64,000 nucleotides of DNA from Octopus vulgaris (GCA_951406725.2 OX597821.1:102982001-103046000), one strand, 5' to 3'. Positions 12,416 through 28,548 are shown, counted from the first letter of the stretch. Numbers and translations: made by a program. Notes: generated by a model from the letters alone, not told the origin.

Positions 12416-12907
12416 ATACACACATACACACACGCACATACACATATATACATACACAAACACTCGCATGTATTTTTGTGTGTGCACGTATGCACACTAC
12501 TAAACACAGACTGAAACAGATGGTTGCATAGTTGTATACACACACACACACACACATACACACACACATATGGAATTGGGTGTCTATATAGACTGGCCTT
12601 GACATTATTATCCACAAATGATATACGCCAAGTATAAGAAACGAAATTTAAAAAAGCTGTCAAACGTCCTCATCCTATTTTCCCCATTGTGAAAGAATCT
12701 ATGTTTGGCAGATGGGCTTTGCGTTATATACTTCGTTCCGGTTACATTGTCTGTAGGTCTTGACGTAGTGCAGTCAACGCCTCGAATTTAACAATTCTCT
12801 ATTCACTAATCTGGGGCAGTGGAATTGGTGCAGGGTGTAAGGAGGTTACTAGAATTACAGTACCAATAAATCGTCGGTCTCTCTCTTTCTTTCTTTTTTT
12901 TTCTCAC

Positions 12908-13117
12908 CCTTTTACTTGTTTCAGTCATTTGACTGCGGCCATGCTGGAGCACCGCCTTAAATCGAGCAACTCGACCCCGGGACTTATTCTTTTGTAAGCC
13001 CAGTACTTATTCTATCGGTCTCTTTTGCCGAACCACTAAGTAACGGGGACATAAACACACCAGCATCGGTTGTCAAGCAATGCTAGGGGGACAAACACAG
13101 ACATACAAACACACACA

Positions 13118-13185
<68 letters not shown>

Positions 13186-13367
13186 CACACATATATACGA
13201 CGGGCTTCTTTCAGTTTTCCGTCTACCAAATCCTCTCACAAGGCTTTGGTTGGCCCGAGGCTATATATAGTAGACGACACTTGCCCAAAGTGTCACGCAG
13301 TAGGACTGAACCCGGAGCCATGTGGTTCATAAGGTAGCTACTTACCATACAGCCACTCCGACGCCTA
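12908..13367 (-). mobile_element. SINE family A, full length, with internal (TA)n/(CA)n microsatellite
   Basis: Reverse complement of the copy at 17070-17528, with a tRNA-like head and a CCTTGGGCAAGT CORE-like box. Confidence 0.85.
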
Positions 13368-13754
13368 AGCAAGTTCAAAACTCACTCACAGAAGTTCAAG
13401 TCTATACACTCACATACGTTTGTGGACTTGAGTGTTCTGTCGCGCGTGTGCGTGTGAGTGTGTGTTTGTGTGATAGCCATACATGCACACACGAAGTCAC
13501 ACTTGCACACATATACACGTACACGCAAACACACACTCACTATCACAAACGCATACAGAAAGACATTTTACAAATGCCACCAATTTAATACTCATTAACA
13601 TACAAACACATTACTGCCAACTCTTACACATGCACACACACACACACACGTAGACATACGCATATATTTATATATATATATTTGTGTGTGTTATACCATA
13701 TTACACATATATATTATATTATATACATATAATATACATATATGATTGAAACTA

Positions 13755-13788
<34 letters not shown>

Positions 13789-14252
13789 CACATATATACA
13801 TATGTATATATGTATATATATGTGTGTGAGTATTTACACGCACACACAAATACACGCACACACATATACATGAGAAGTGAGGTGGGAGAATGTTTATTCC
13901 ATTCGTTTACAGTTGTTTCACAACGTTATTAGTTACATGATAGATATTACACAAACATTAACATGCATATATGTGTGTGTGTGTATATATATATGTATAT
14001 GAATATATATATATACACACATATATATGTATGTGTGTATGTGTATACATATGTGTATATATATATCTATATATCTATATCTATCTATCTCTCTATATAT
14101 ATATATCATACATATATATATATCATACATTCACACAATGCACACATGTAATCCCATACATATGCGATCACGTACTCATATTCACACACACACACACACG
14201 CATGTACGCATATTCACCCACACACCCACACACCCACACACCCACACACCCA

Positions 14253-14327
<75 letters not shown>

Positions 14328-15094
14328 AATTTGCGCTCTTCTGCCTTGGATAACCCACACTATTCTCTCTCGAACTACCGGTTTCTTACCCTTAATCATG
14401 TAGTTACATTCGTGCTTGTTTTTCCCTAACCTTCTAATTCCTTTCTCCTCTTTCTCCCGCTTATAAATGACTTTATTTCTATATTGACGCCTAAATTTAT
14501 CGATCTTCATAACGTTGCATAATTATAGCGATGATTTCGAGAGTATCTTCGATTTCGTTGAATAGTTATGCTAAACTGCTTAATCATCGATCGATATTGA
14601 TATTTTCCCCAAAACCTGTTCCTATAGAAAACGCACATTTTCCCCCAAAATGTATTTTATAAAAATCCGTTTCAGAATCAGGGGTGCATTTAATATGCCA
14701 GTATGTCTTTTATGCTATTAAATATGGTTTATATTTTCGGTCATTCTATGGTTTGATATATACGATTAAACGACTTTGTTTCGCTGATAAGGAATAATAA
14801 GCCGAAAACATATCCCGAGTTATCCCAGCACGTACAAAAGATCAAAATTTACGTATAAAAGAATAAAGTTGAGCCACTCCGGTTGAGCCACGCAGTTGAG
14901 CCACTCTAGCTAATTTTATCTTTGATACTCATTACTAAAGACTAATGTTTTTAACCTTTTTACTCTTGCGTAACCCCTAAAATAAATTACATGTCTCAAG
15001 GAACCCTTGCACCCGAAACAATGATATACCATATATTTCAATTTTTTCATCGTAGTTCACCTGGTAAATATCATATATACATACACGCACACAC

Positions 15095-15189
<95 letters not shown>

Positions 15190-15219
15190 GCTGTGTATAT
15201 ATATATATATATATATACA

Positions 15220-15310
<91 letters not shown>

Positions 15311-15665
15311 GGCGTAGGAGTGGCTGTGTGGTAAGTAGCTTGCTTCCAAACCACATGGTTCCGGGTCCCACTGGGGAAGTGTTTTCTACTATAGCCTCAG
15401 GCCGACCAAAGCCTTATATATATATATAACTTTTACCTGTTTCCGTCTCAGTAATCTGTGACCCTACTGAGGCACCACCATTTAAGTGTACTTCAACTCT
15501 ACGGCGGAGAAGAGCATATATGTCTCACACGGTGACCGGCTTCCGTGCAATTTCCCTCAACCACATTCCTTCACCCGTCGGTCTGGAGTTACAGTAAAAG
15601 AAAGACACTTGCCAAAGTAGCCATGCATTGAGATTGAACCCCAAACCACATGGTTGCGGGAGAAA

Positions 15666-15701
<36 letters not shown>

Positions 15702-16222
15702 ACTTCTTAACCACATGACTATCCCTGCGCCCCTCTCTAAATTTCTTGTTCAAAGGCTACGACTATCGATTTTTGCCTTTCATCTTATTTTTTATCGTGG
15801 TTAAATAAAATAAGTACCAGATGACGATTAAATCAATAATACTTCGAACACACTCACCCACACACGCGCCAAACGCAGAGAGAGAGAGAGACAGAGAGAG
15901 AGAGACAGAGAAAGACAGACAGACAGACAGACGGACAGACAGAGAGAAACCTGCCTGCCTCACGTTTTATGACTTAGTTCCAAGTAGAGAAATCTGTATG
16001 ATGGACGTGTTTTTCTTTCCTTCTCCTTTTTCTAATATCATATTTTATTGTAAACCGATGTTGAAATAAAATAGATATTATACTGTTTGTTATTCATCTT
16101 GTTTAATATCGATAATTTTGCGGCCTTTGCTTCAACATGGGTAACATGGTGGTTGGTAGCAGGGTTATCGAATACTCTAGAAAAAATATTGTTTTAATTA
16201 TTTACGCGTGTGTATATGCCTG

Positions 16223-16284
<62 letters not shown>

Positions 16285-16688
16285 TATATGTATGTATATG
16301 TGTCTGTGCATTTATGTGTACGTATTGTGTTGTCGGTGCTAAAGTTGTAAGTTTGTAACGTTGCGCATCAGATAACATCTATATAATGTTACGTTTGCGT
16401 TATTCGTAGGGTTTGCGGCTACAATAGTTATTGTTATTGGTGTTGCAATTGATGTTAATCGTAATTATTCTGAAAGCATTAATACCCCCACATCTGACCA
16501 CTACAAACTTACAACCATATGTTTTTTGCAGCATTATTTGTGGGAGGATGGGGGGATTTCGTTTATTTTTCTTCTTTAGAAAGCGAAAATTTGTTTTACA
16601 ATTACAGGGTATTGCGTTACTCTCTACGACAGTCTCATGCATGGTTAAGCCCAGTGTTTTATAAATATATACATATATACATAATACA

Positions 16689-16724
<36 letters not shown>

Positions 16725-16784
16725 TATACATGCATATATTTCTCTGTTAATTATAGGTGTATTTGTGTATACACACACGCACAC

Positions 16785-16892
<108 letters not shown>

Positions 16893-17069
16893 AAAATAAA
16901 ATGAAAAATCAGAAAGACAGGGTGAAAGAACAGCATACAGGGTGTATTAGTTTCACGCTCAGGAAAAAATGTAAGAAGTTTTTAACGTTTCGAGCCTACG
17001 TTCTTTTACATAAATGATAGAAGAACAGAGAAAAAGAGCTGGAGGAAAAAATGTGTCTGAGTTAAACAG

Positions 17070-17231
17070 TTGTAGGAGTGGCTATGTGGTAAGTAGCTTA
17101 CTTATGAACCACATGGTTCCGGGTATAGTCCCACTACGTGGCACCTTGGGCAAGTGTCTTCTACTGTAGCCTCGGGCCGACCAAAGCCTTGTGAGTGGAT
17201 TTGGTAGGCGGAAACTGAAAGAAGCCCGTCG

Positions 17232-17300
<69 letters not shown>

Positions 17301-17528
17301 GTATATATATTGTGTGTGTGTGTGTATGTTTGTGTGTCTGTGTTTGTCCCCCAACATCGCTTGACAACCGATGCTGGTGTGTTTCTGTTCCCGTAACTTA
17401 GCGTTTCGGCAAAAGAGGCCGATACAATAAGTACTAGGCTTACAAAGAATAAGTCCTGGGATCAATTTGCTTGACTGAAGGCGGTGCTCCAGCATGGCCG
17501 TAGTCAAATGACTAAAACAAGTAAAAGA
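17070..17528 (+). mobile_element. SINE family A, full length
   Basis: GGAGTGGCT.TGTGGTAAG..CCACATGGTTCCGGGT..GTCCCACT.CGTGGCACCTTGGGCAAGTG, followed by (TA)n(TG)n and the tail CAGCATGGCCG.AGTCAAATGACT.AAACAAGTAAAAG. More than 10 related copies occur in the window. Confidence 0.85.
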
Positions 17529-17536
17529 GTCAATAA

Positions 17537-17601
<65 letters not shown>

Positions 17602-17768
17602 CACACACATATATTGAATTTCGTACTTATCTGCGGTATTCTACCAGCACTTGTAATCAACAATGTTGCCTTATTTTACAGTGAGTTATTTGTAATTTTG
17701 TGCCTAGCCACTTTGTGGCGTCTTATACGTCGATGTGCCTTATGCCATGATTCTCAAGGAATCCTTAT

Positions 17769-17812
<44 letters not shown>

Positions 17813-18166
17813 CAAACACACACTATCAGAAATTGGGCAAAGTCCTCCTTTAGGGCAGTATTCCTTTTAGTTATAACAAGGATAATGAAAATAAGGACAA
17901 GATGAAAGTTAAGTTTAATAAAATATTATAAGCTGTAAAGGCTACACTTCAATAACTACAGCAGAAGCAACAACAAGAAGAACATACACAACAGGGGCAG
18001 GGGTACCAAAAGAAGCCGAGGTAACAGAGCCAGGGGAGTCTTAGAACAAAAGAATTATCAGTTTTAATAAAGAAAGCAAGGGTATATGCAACGAAAACAA
18101 TGGTAACAAGAAAAGTAAACAAGAACAACAACAACAACTACAATAACGGTAATAATAATAATAATG

Positions 18167-18245
<79 letters not shown>

Positions 18246-18246
<1 letters not shown>

Positions 18247-18335
18247 TTCTCTTTATTGGCCACAAGGGCCGAACACAAAACAAATAGGGATAATGCATAA
18301 CAAGGGACAAGTGGGGTGTTGAACAATCAGCTACA
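18246..18335 (-). mobile_element. Extreme 3' tail remnant of the Tx1-like LINE, in (TAA)n
   Basis: Minus strand ends GGCCCTTGTGGCCAATAAAGAGAAATT(ATT)n, matching 8684-8720. Confidence 0.55.
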
Positions 18336-18430
18336 TTAACAGCAACAACAACAAGAACAACAAAAACAATAATAATAATAATAACAAAAGCAATAACGAT
18401 AATAACAAGAACAACAACAACAATAACAAA

Positions 18431-18529
<99 letters not shown>

Positions 18530-18776
18530 AAGAAGAAGAAGGAGGAGGAGGAGGAGGAGAAGGAAGAGGAGGGGAGGAGAAGGAGAAGAAGGAAGAGGAG
18601 GGGAGGAGGAGGAGAAGAAGAAGAAGGAGGAGGAGGAGAAGAAGGAAGAGGAGGAGAGGAGGAGAAGAAGAAGAAGAAGAAGAAGTAGAAGAAGGAAACC
18701 AGGTAGCAATAAAAACATCAAGAATAACAAGGAGAATAACATCAGTAACAGCAACAGCAACAGCAGCAGCAGCATA

Positions 18777-18850
<74 letters not shown>

Positions 18851-19151
18851 ATGCTGAGGTAATCAGAGGCAAGGTCTAGAAGAACAATAGGATTATCAGC
18901 CCCGATAATTGAAGCAGCAGTAACAACAACAATAACAACAACAATAGTGGGTGGGTTGGTGGTTGGAGGGAGGGAGCGGTGGTGGAAGTGGTGGCAGTAG
19001 TAGCTAAGATGTAGTTTACAACGGTAGAAACAATGGCAGCAGCAGCAGTAGCAGCAGTAGCAGCAGAACGGTGTCTTGAAGAAACGGCATCAAATTTTGG
19101 AGAAACAACTTAAAAGGCGAAGAGCAATTAAAGAGAGCGATAACAAGGAAA

Positions 19152-19200
<49 letters not shown>

Positions 19201-19991
19201 ACACACACATACACACACAGAGACACCAACGCACATGCACACACACAATATATATACGCACACACACGCATACATATATTTGTACACACACATACACTCA
19301 TTCACACATCCTCACAAAGACACAAACACACACACATACATACAGACACCGATACACACACATACACACAGGAATCACACGTGGAAAGAAGGGGAACGCC
19401 TATGAATCAAGAAAGGGGCCATGTGCTAGAAACAGCAACCAAGTCTCATCGAAATCACATAGTGTAGTCTAAAAGTAGGAAGAACAACTTTTGCTAATGT
19501 TGTTATGGGTTACTTGCACATAGGAAAACAGACGAGATGGTCACGACGGTCCTTACTATTGCTGTTGTTGTTGTTGTTGTTGTCGTATTCGTTGGTTAGC
19601 TCCCTACCCCCTCGAGATCATCCCCGACCGACCAGACCTATGATGAAAAGTGTTCCAGTCGAGCGATTGCTGTATTGCAAGAAACAGCATGGTTTCTTTA
19701 TCTACACAAGCGCATGTGTTGAAAACAAAATAGGAATTATGAAAGAAGTATCTATAAAACTAGTTTTTAAACATAGAATGGCTACGGGGTTCCACAAGAA
19801 TGAAATAATAATCAAAGGGGGTCCATAGGTTTTTAAAATATGGTTGAGAACACATGGGCCAATAGTTCTCAACCAAGGTTCATATAAGAATTTAAGGCTC
19901 AAATTTACGTACAATAAATTAGTTATATTTCCAAGTACACAAACTATTTTAACAATTTTTGTAAAAATATGATTCCGAATATCATTTTTCT

Positions 19992-20387
19992 TTTCTTTTA
20001 TTCTTTTATTTGTTTCAGTCATTTGACTGCGGCCATGCTGGAGTATCGCCTTTAGTCCAGCAAATCGTCCCTAAGACTTATTCTTTGTAAGCCTAGTACT
20101 TATTCTATCGGTCACTTTTGCTAAGTGACGAGGACGTAAACACACCAGCATCGGTTGTCAAGCGATCTTGGGGGAACAAACACAGACACACACACATACA
20201 TATATATACACATACATATATACGACGGGCTTCTTTCAGCTTCCGTCTACCAAACCCACTCACAAGGCTTTGGTCAGCCCGAGGCTATAGTTGAAGACAC
20301 TTGCTAAAGGTGCCACTCTGTAGGACTGAACCCGGAACCATGTGGTTCATAAGCCAGCTACTTACCACACAGCCGCTCCTGCGCCTA
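19992..20387 (-). mobile_element. SINE family A, apparently inserted in a hAT-like MITE remnant (~19860-20450)
   Basis: Family A sequence. The flanks match the MITE at 40846 (GTTCTCAACC; AAAGGGGTCCATAGG). Confidence 0.75.
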
Positions 20388-21099
20388 TTATTTGACTATG
20401 AAAATCCATCGGAATGAAACGGGAATTAAAGGGGTCCATAGGTGAAAAATCGTATATTTCTGGTGAAATACCCTACCTTGGTATTTCGTTATGAACCATG
20501 ATATACTATAAAGTATATTAAATGTTTTTATAAGTCAATACTACATACAGATGTGCTACAGAAATTTTGAGCCAGCATTGATTTTTGCTCGACCTTTCGT
20601 ATCCGAGACGCTTGATGTAAACAATAATGAAATCGAAGATGAAAAACTGGGTAATGGGTCTCTGTTTCAATTAATTTAGAAGGATTCAGTAAAATAACTT
20701 TGTTCTTATTATGTTGGCGTTTAGCGCTTAAATTAGCCTGAAATTTTAAGAGGTTTTAATTTTGATTACTCAAGAACAAGAAGTTTATATCATAGAACCA
20801 GATGCAGTCTCAATTGGGCCGGAGAGTTTAAAACAAAGAAATCCGGAGAAATTTCTGTAACAGTAGTGGTATGTATGAAAGGGTTCTTATTGGGGACCCC
20901 TGCCCTTCATAAAATTTTCTTAGGGATTTGTTTTTTTTACTGAAATTTTATTTTTCATAAAATGGTAGGTTTAACAATAATTTTAAAAATATATTTCGCA
21001 TCTGAATCGCAGTTTTGTCATGGGATTGCTAACTTCAACGGTGGCCTTCCAGGACGAAGAACAACGAAAAATATTTCCCATGCTTGGACTAGATCTATC

Positions 21100-21415
21100 C
21101 TCAAAGACTCCGCCGGTTACGACGACGAGGGTCCCAGCTGATACGATCAACGGAACAGCTTGCTCGTGAAATTAACGTGCAAATGGCTGAGCATTCCACA
21201 GACACGTGTACCCTTAACGTAGTTCTCGGGGATAATCAGCGTGACACAGAGAGTGACAAGGTTGACCCTTTGAAATACAAGTACAACTCATTTTTGCCAG
21301 CTGAGTGGACTGGAGCAACGTGAAATAAAGTGCCTTGCTCAAGGACACAACGCGTCGCCGGGAATCGAACTCACAACCTTACGATCATGAGCCGAATGCC
21401 CTAACCACTAAGCCA
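21100..21415 (-). mobile_element. SINE family D
   Basis: Reverse complement of 11805-12108; the head is TGGCTTAGTGGTTAGGGC..GAGTTCGATTCCC. Confidence 0.8.
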
Positions 21416-21804
21416 CTTGATCTATAGACAATCGTGATCATCCCGTCCCATTACATAAACCAGCGAGACCATTTCTAACACTATTTATGGAATAGGCCAT
21501 GCTGTTGTCTTCTTTCTTCTTCCAATCAGGACTCACGCCATTAGGTAAAAAGAATAATCCCTACTTCGAGCCTACTCTAAGCTACTAAGAATGCGTGTGG
21601 CAAATTGAAGATCCACCCACCACACGCGATAGACTGGCGGTTGCACGGGAGCGAAAGCTACGTTGTTAATCTCATTCCGTAAACGGTGGCTTTTAACGGG
21701 TGGAGAGCTGAACCAGAGGATTCGCAATCTAGACTAGGGTCTGGAAGTTTACCACACCATAGTGGGTTACTCTATGGTTCCTCTGCTTTGTGGCAGAAGT
21801 AGGA

Positions 21805-21990
21805 ATAAAGAATGAGAGAAAGTTGTGGTGAAAGAGCACAGCGGGGTTCACCACCCCTCTCCGACGGAGCCTCGTGGAGCTTAGGTGTTTTTGCTCAATA
21901 AACACTCAAAATGACCGATCTGGGAATCGAAACCGCGTTTTTACAACCGCGAGTCCGCTGCCCTAACCACTGGGCCATTGCGCCTCCACC
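21805..21990 (-). mobile_element. SINE family C, 5' part
   Basis: Matches 10160-10340. Confidence 0.75.
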
Positions 21991-22825
21991 CATGCTGTTG
22001 TTATTGTCGTCGTCGTCGTTGCTGTTGTTGTTGTTGCTGGTGGTGGTGGTGGTGGTGGCTTGTGGTGGTGATGGTGACAGTAGTAGAAGTAGTAGTGTTG
22101 GTGATGGTGGGGAGTCAATGAAAATGATGCGGTAGTGAAGTGTGTGATGGAGGTGCTAGTAGAGGTACCCTGAGGGTAGTGGTAGTAGTTACGGCGATCA
22201 TAGCGACGCAGTTGCAGTGGTGGTATTGGGGATAGTGATAGAGGTGGTGACGGTAGTAATAGTAGTAGTGGTGGAGCCAGTGGTAGTAGTTGTAGTGGTA
22301 GTAGTGGTAGTAGTAGTAGTCGTAGTGAGGGTGGTGGTTGTAGAGGTAGTAGTGATATTACTAGCAGTAGTAGTGGTAATAGTGGTTGTAGTAGTAGTAG
22401 TAGTGGTAGTTGGTCGTAATGGTGATGGTGGTGGTGGTGGTGGTGGTGGTGGTAGTAGTAGTAGTGGTGATGATGATGATAGTTGTAATGGTAGTGGTGG
22501 TGATTATGCTAGTAATAGTGGTGGCATGGCAGAGGTAATGATTAAGAAATATGGTGGTTATACTTGTATCGGTGGTAGTGGTAAACGGTGGTTATGTTGG
22601 AAATGTAAGAATCACAGTAATGGTGATAGTGGTAGTGGTGGTGTTGGTGGTGTTGGCGGTAGGGTTTTGTCGCAGAGTGCGTTCGTGATGGTATGGCGGT
22701 GTTACCAAGCGAGCATGCAAAGCAAATATGGCGGTGTCATTAAGTTGTTAACATCGTCGTCATCGTCACCGTGGGCAGCATTGGCAACTGCAGCAGCAAT
22801 AACAGTAACCGCAGCAGCAGCGGTT

Positions 22826-22897
<72 letters not shown>

Positions 22898-23130
22898 TTT
22901 GACAGACATCAGACATGAATAAAACATCAAACTCTCTCTATCTCTCTTACTCCTACTCTTACCCCGTTATCTCCTTTCTTTCTTTCTTTCTTTCTTTCTT
23001 CCTTCCTTCCTTTCTTTCTTTCTTTTTCTTTCTTTCTTCCTTCCTTCCTTCCTTCCTTCCTTTCTTTCTTTCTTTCTTTCTGTCCTTCTTTTTTTTTCTT
23101 TCTTTCTTTCTTTCTTTCTTTCTTTCCTTC

Positions 23131-23236
<106 letters not shown>

Positions 23237-23983
23237 ATCAGACAGTTGATCACACAAATGCACTGAGAGGGAGCAGGTGAAAAGCAAAAGGGTACGAAGA
23301 GACGGATGGGAAAGGAGTGGGTGGGGAGAAAGAATAATGAAAATTTAGAAGCGAAAGTGAAAGTAAAAGGTATGGGCAGGAGTAGACACAAATGACAATA
23401 AGACAGGAAGGAGCAAGAGAGAGCGGAAGGAATAGGAGGAGTGGTAAAAAGGGAAAAGGAAAAAGAGAAGCAGAGAGAGAGAGAGAGAGAGAGAGAAAGA
23501 AAGAGCGTGAGGGAAAGAGAAAGTAAAAAAAATGGATAGAAGGAGAGTGAGAAAAGATGATTAGGAGAAACGTCTCGGAGGTAGTTATATGTGTATATGT
23601 CCGTGTATGTGTGTTTAAGTGTTTGTGTGTGTGTACATGCGCATGTCAATGCGTACGTGTATCAATATGTAGTTGTATGTGTGTGTATGTGTGTGTTGTG
23701 GTGCATTGTAGTGCATTGTCTCGCTGCTTTTGCGTATCACTGTGTTTGTCAATATGTTGATATATATATATATGTATGCATGTGAGTGTGGAGGGGTTGC
23801 GTGTGTGTGGAGGAGTTGCGTGTGTGTATCTGTGTGTGTGTGTGTGTTGGTATATGTATATATCTATATGTGTACGTTTAATGTGTTGGTTAAAATGGAC
23901 GGTGTATGTGTAGTTATATGCATGTGTGTGTATGTGTGTGTTTGCATGCGTGCGTGTGAGTGAATGTGTCTGTGTGTGTGCGT

Positions 23984-24029
<46 letters not shown>

Positions 24030-24530
24030 ACATGTAATATCTATATAAGCGGGTGTGTCGTGGTCGGTGTATAAGTGTGTTATAGCATGGGTGTGTCAGT
24101 ATGCATGTTTGTATGCGTGCGTGCGTGTGTGTGTGTGTGTGTGTGTATGTGTGTGTGTGTGTGTGTGTGTGTATATGATTGCGTGTGCGCGTGTATATGT
24201 TCAGACAGACAGGCGGGCAAACAGACAGACAGACCGACAGACGGACATGCATGCGTACAGACAGCGAGGCAAGAACAGTAAGAATCCTTATTATTGTCAC
24301 GAGAAAGTTGAGAGGAAGAGAGGGTAAGACGGGACGAGGTACACGGGACGAGGTATGGGAGTTGAGGTTGAACCCGAGGCCGAATTTGACACACGAAATC
24401 ATTGTTTCGGTTAAAGACAAAAGTAACAGCAGCAAAGACGAACAGACAGACGGAGAAAAGATACATACATGCATACATACATACACCACAAGCAAAAACA
24501 CACAATATAGTAAAGGCATATATGTATATA

Positions 24531-24575
<45 letters not shown>

Positions 24576-24594
24576 CATATATATATATAAGACA

Positions 24595-24665
<71 letters not shown>

Positions 24666-24718
24666 CATATATATATATATATTAATACATATAAAATACA
24701 TAATACATAATATCTCTG

Positions 24719-24797
<79 letters not shown>

Positions 24798-24826
24798 TCT
24801 CTCTATCTGTCTATCTATCTCTCACC

Positions 24827-24867
<41 letters not shown>

Positions 24868-26107
24868 CACATATATATATCAACAAACGATGGAAGAAAT
24901 AAACAAAAAGCATAAAAAGAAGTCTAGACCAAGACATTTGTAAATTGATAGTATACAGTGAGTGAAAAACACTGCGCATGCGTGTATATACGCATATTGG
25001 TAAGTATATTATGTGATTATGTGTGCGTGTGTGTGTATGTGTGCGTGTATGTGTGTGTGTGTGCTGGTGTGTGTAGGTGAGAGTAAATGTGCGTGCGTCA
25101 TGTCTGCATAACGGTGTGCGTAAGTGAATCTGCATGTATACTTATAATTGTGTGGTGGTAGTAGTGTTGGTAGAGGTGATGTTGATATTGGTGGTAGCGG
25201 TGGGAGTGGAGGTGGTAGTGGTGATGGTTGTGGTGATGGTTGTGGTGGTGGTGGTGGTGGTGTCATGGAGAATAATAGCAATTATAAACATCTTTAACGA
25301 CAATAACAACTGCAATGATTGCACGCCACTACCACCATCACCACCACCACCACCACCACCACCACCATCAGCGACGATGCCACCGCCGCCACCGCCACAA
25401 CCATCACCACTACAACTTCCACCACCGGTACGAAACTAATGGAAGACATTGTAAAAACAGCAGCAACAACGACGACAACATCAGAAGATGAACAATAGCT
25501 CTGATAACCACAATGGCACTCACAGCACCAAAAATGGAATGGTAAACATCAATAAATGAAATTAAATTAATGAATAAGAGGATCCTTGAAAATAAACCTT
25601 GAATTATAAACGATTCAACTTTCGTTTTCTATAGACATCGCCTCTCCTCCCCGCCTCTCCTCCCACTCCAGTAAATGTATTATTGTCTTTGTCAGCTTCA
25701 TCTCCCACCACCCCTCACTTTAATCCTCTTGTTCTCTTGTTCGCTGTCACACTCCTCCTCCCACCTCACCATTCTTGGACCTTTGGTTTTTCCCTTTTAT
25801 TAATTGTGATGGATCCATCAAAATACGATAGTACAAACACACAAGGAAACACAATTTGTATGCATCTGTATATATGTTTTGTGTGTGTGTGTGTGTGTGT
25901 GATGGATAGATCGATGCATGCATGTAAGTGTGTGGGGTGGTTGTTGGTAGTGAATGTATGGATGTGTAGTATGTGTGTGTATGTACGAATGTATGTATAC
26001 ACGCGCATATGAGTATGTATTAATGCTTCTAGCATCTGAAGATTGTTACAGAACGTGAAAGTACTTGTAATATTGTAATACGCAATATTGTAAAATTGCA
26101 AAAAACA

Positions 26108-26447
26108 TTCTTTTCTACTCTAGGCACAAGGTCTGACATTTTTTGGAAGGGGGCCAGATAATTAGATCGACCCCAGTACGCAACTGGTACTTAATTTATC
26201 GCCTCCGAAATGATGAAAGGCAAAGTCGACCTTGGTGGAATTTGAACTCAGAACATAAAGACAGACGAAATACCGCTAAGCATTTCGTCCAGCGTGTTTC
26301 TACCAACTAGCCGCCTTTGAAGGCCATGTGAATATTCTTTCCTACTCTAGGCGCAATGTTCGAAATTTTGGGGGAGGGGCCAGTCGGTTAGATCGAATCC
26401 CTAAGTATTTCGCCCGGCGTGCTAACGTTTCTGCCAGCTCGCCGCTT
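26108..26447 (-). mobile_element. Two SINE family B copies (second internally deleted)
   Basis: TTCTACTCTAGGCACAAGG tail plus family B core and head. Confidence 0.75.
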
Positions 26448-26966
26448 TATAAAATGAGAAAAATATTAAAATTAAATGTGAAAATTGGTGTTCGTTGGAA
26501 TTTGATTGCGTAATATAATTTATCAATATACAATCTTACAAATCAAAACTACATACGTGCGCGCGCGCGTGTGTATGTGTGTATGTGTGTATTTGTGTGT
26601 GATGCTAGTCTCCCATAGTCCGGTAAAGACGGTTCGGCAATTTCTTGCTAAACGTCCAGTAGAAACAATTTGCTTAAAGGGATCAAACTGGTACTTAATT
26701 TATCGCCTCCGATATGAGTGTTGTACATTAGCTTAGTTTAAATAGCTTTACTTATTTAAGTTATTAGAGTACGGCCATGCTGGGGCACCACCTTGAAGGC
26801 TTTAGTCGAAAGAACCGACCCCAGCACTTATTTATTTTTGAAAGTCTGGTACTTATTATATCGGTTTCTTTTTGGGTGCACCGGTAAGTTACGGGGATGT
26901 AAAAAAACCAATACCAGTTGTCAAGAGGTGATGGGGACAGACACTAACACACAGGAGCACGCACAC

Positions 26967-27016
<50 letters not shown>

Positions 27017-28107
27017 CCGGCTTGTTTCAGTTTCCATCTACACCATTCACTCACTAGCCTTCGATCAGCTTGGGGCTACTGCGCTGTAGGAGTGAACTCA
27101 GAACTGTGTTATTTGAAAGCTGGCTTCTTACCTTACAGCCACACCCGTATAGGCACGTTTTTTATTCATCGCCGCTTCGTGCGATTCTATTTCAATGAAA
27201 TACACCCAAGACGGCAGCCTTTGGTTTTAAGGTTTGGTTGATATAAAAAGTTAATATTTAAATAAATAACAGAAGAAGAGGAAACTCGGGGTGGTTTGAG
27301 TCAGAAAAAAAAATAGAAAGATTCTTTAATAAAATTTGCACACTTTGGGGATAAATTTCCATGTTGCAGTGAGATGATGAATTTAACAGGAAATTTCAGT
27401 AATTCAAGTCTAGCCACGGTATGCTTATCCATATTTGCAAGCTTTTGCTGTAAGTTACATTGATAGCATTTTTTTTATTAAACTATTAAAGCAACGATAT
27501 TTGTTTAGTTAAAATACAAGAATAAATAAAATAAATATAAAAATGTTCTAAATACAAAAAACAAAACAATATAAATATACAAATATATATATATACATTA
27601 TTTTCGTTTAGTATTTAGCATATTTTTATATTTATTTTATCAATTTTGCATTTTAGCAAATACACACATACAAACATACATTTATATGCACACATACACA
27701 CAGACATTCACATACAAAATTTGGTATGTTATCTGAGAACCGTGACATCACAAGTATATGACTAAACATAGAAAATTTAAATAAATAAATAAATAATAAA
27801 CAGGAAGCTATATGTGACATTAACACTGAATATTCGCACCAAAATCTTTGGAATGTTACATTGGTAATGTTTATGCACACACACGGGTCCGCGCGCACAT
27901 ATATGTAGTATAACTTGTATGTACAGTTCGATGTGTGGCTGTTAGTTTTAGGTTTAGAGTTCAACATAGATTGTCATCATTCAGTCTGCTTCAAGTATAG
28001 CGCTCTGGTTACTTCTCTACTTAGTTGTATTGCTGCTTATGATAAACAGAGGAAAAGTTGGAGAAATATCTTATTTGTCCCTACGTACGTTTCTCCGTTG
28101 TGGTTAT

Positions 28108-28548
28108 ATTTTTACTTGTTACAGTCATTAGACTGCGGTCATGCTGGGGCACCGCTGGGAATTTTTTAGTCGAATGAATCGACATCGTGACTTAATTTTT
28201 GAAAGCCTGGTACATATTTCATTGATCTCTTACCGAATCGACAGATTACGGGGATGTAAACACACCAGCACCGGTTGTCAAGCGGTGGTGGTGGAGAGAC
28301 AGACAGACACAAAGACCACCCCCACACACATATATACGTACACACACACACATATACGTACACACGCACACACATATCTATATACGACTGGTTTCTTTCA
28401 GTTTCCCTCTAACAAATCCATTCACAAGGCTTTGGTAAGCCAGTGGCTATAGTAGAAGATAGTTGCCCAAGGTTCCACGCAGTGGGACAGAACCGGAAAC
28501 CATGTGGTTGGGATGCAAGCTTCTTACCACACAGCCACGTCTGTGTCC
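28108..28548 (-). mobile_element. SINE family A
   Basis: Family A sequence, oriented head-to-head with the copy at 28722. Confidence 0.8.
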
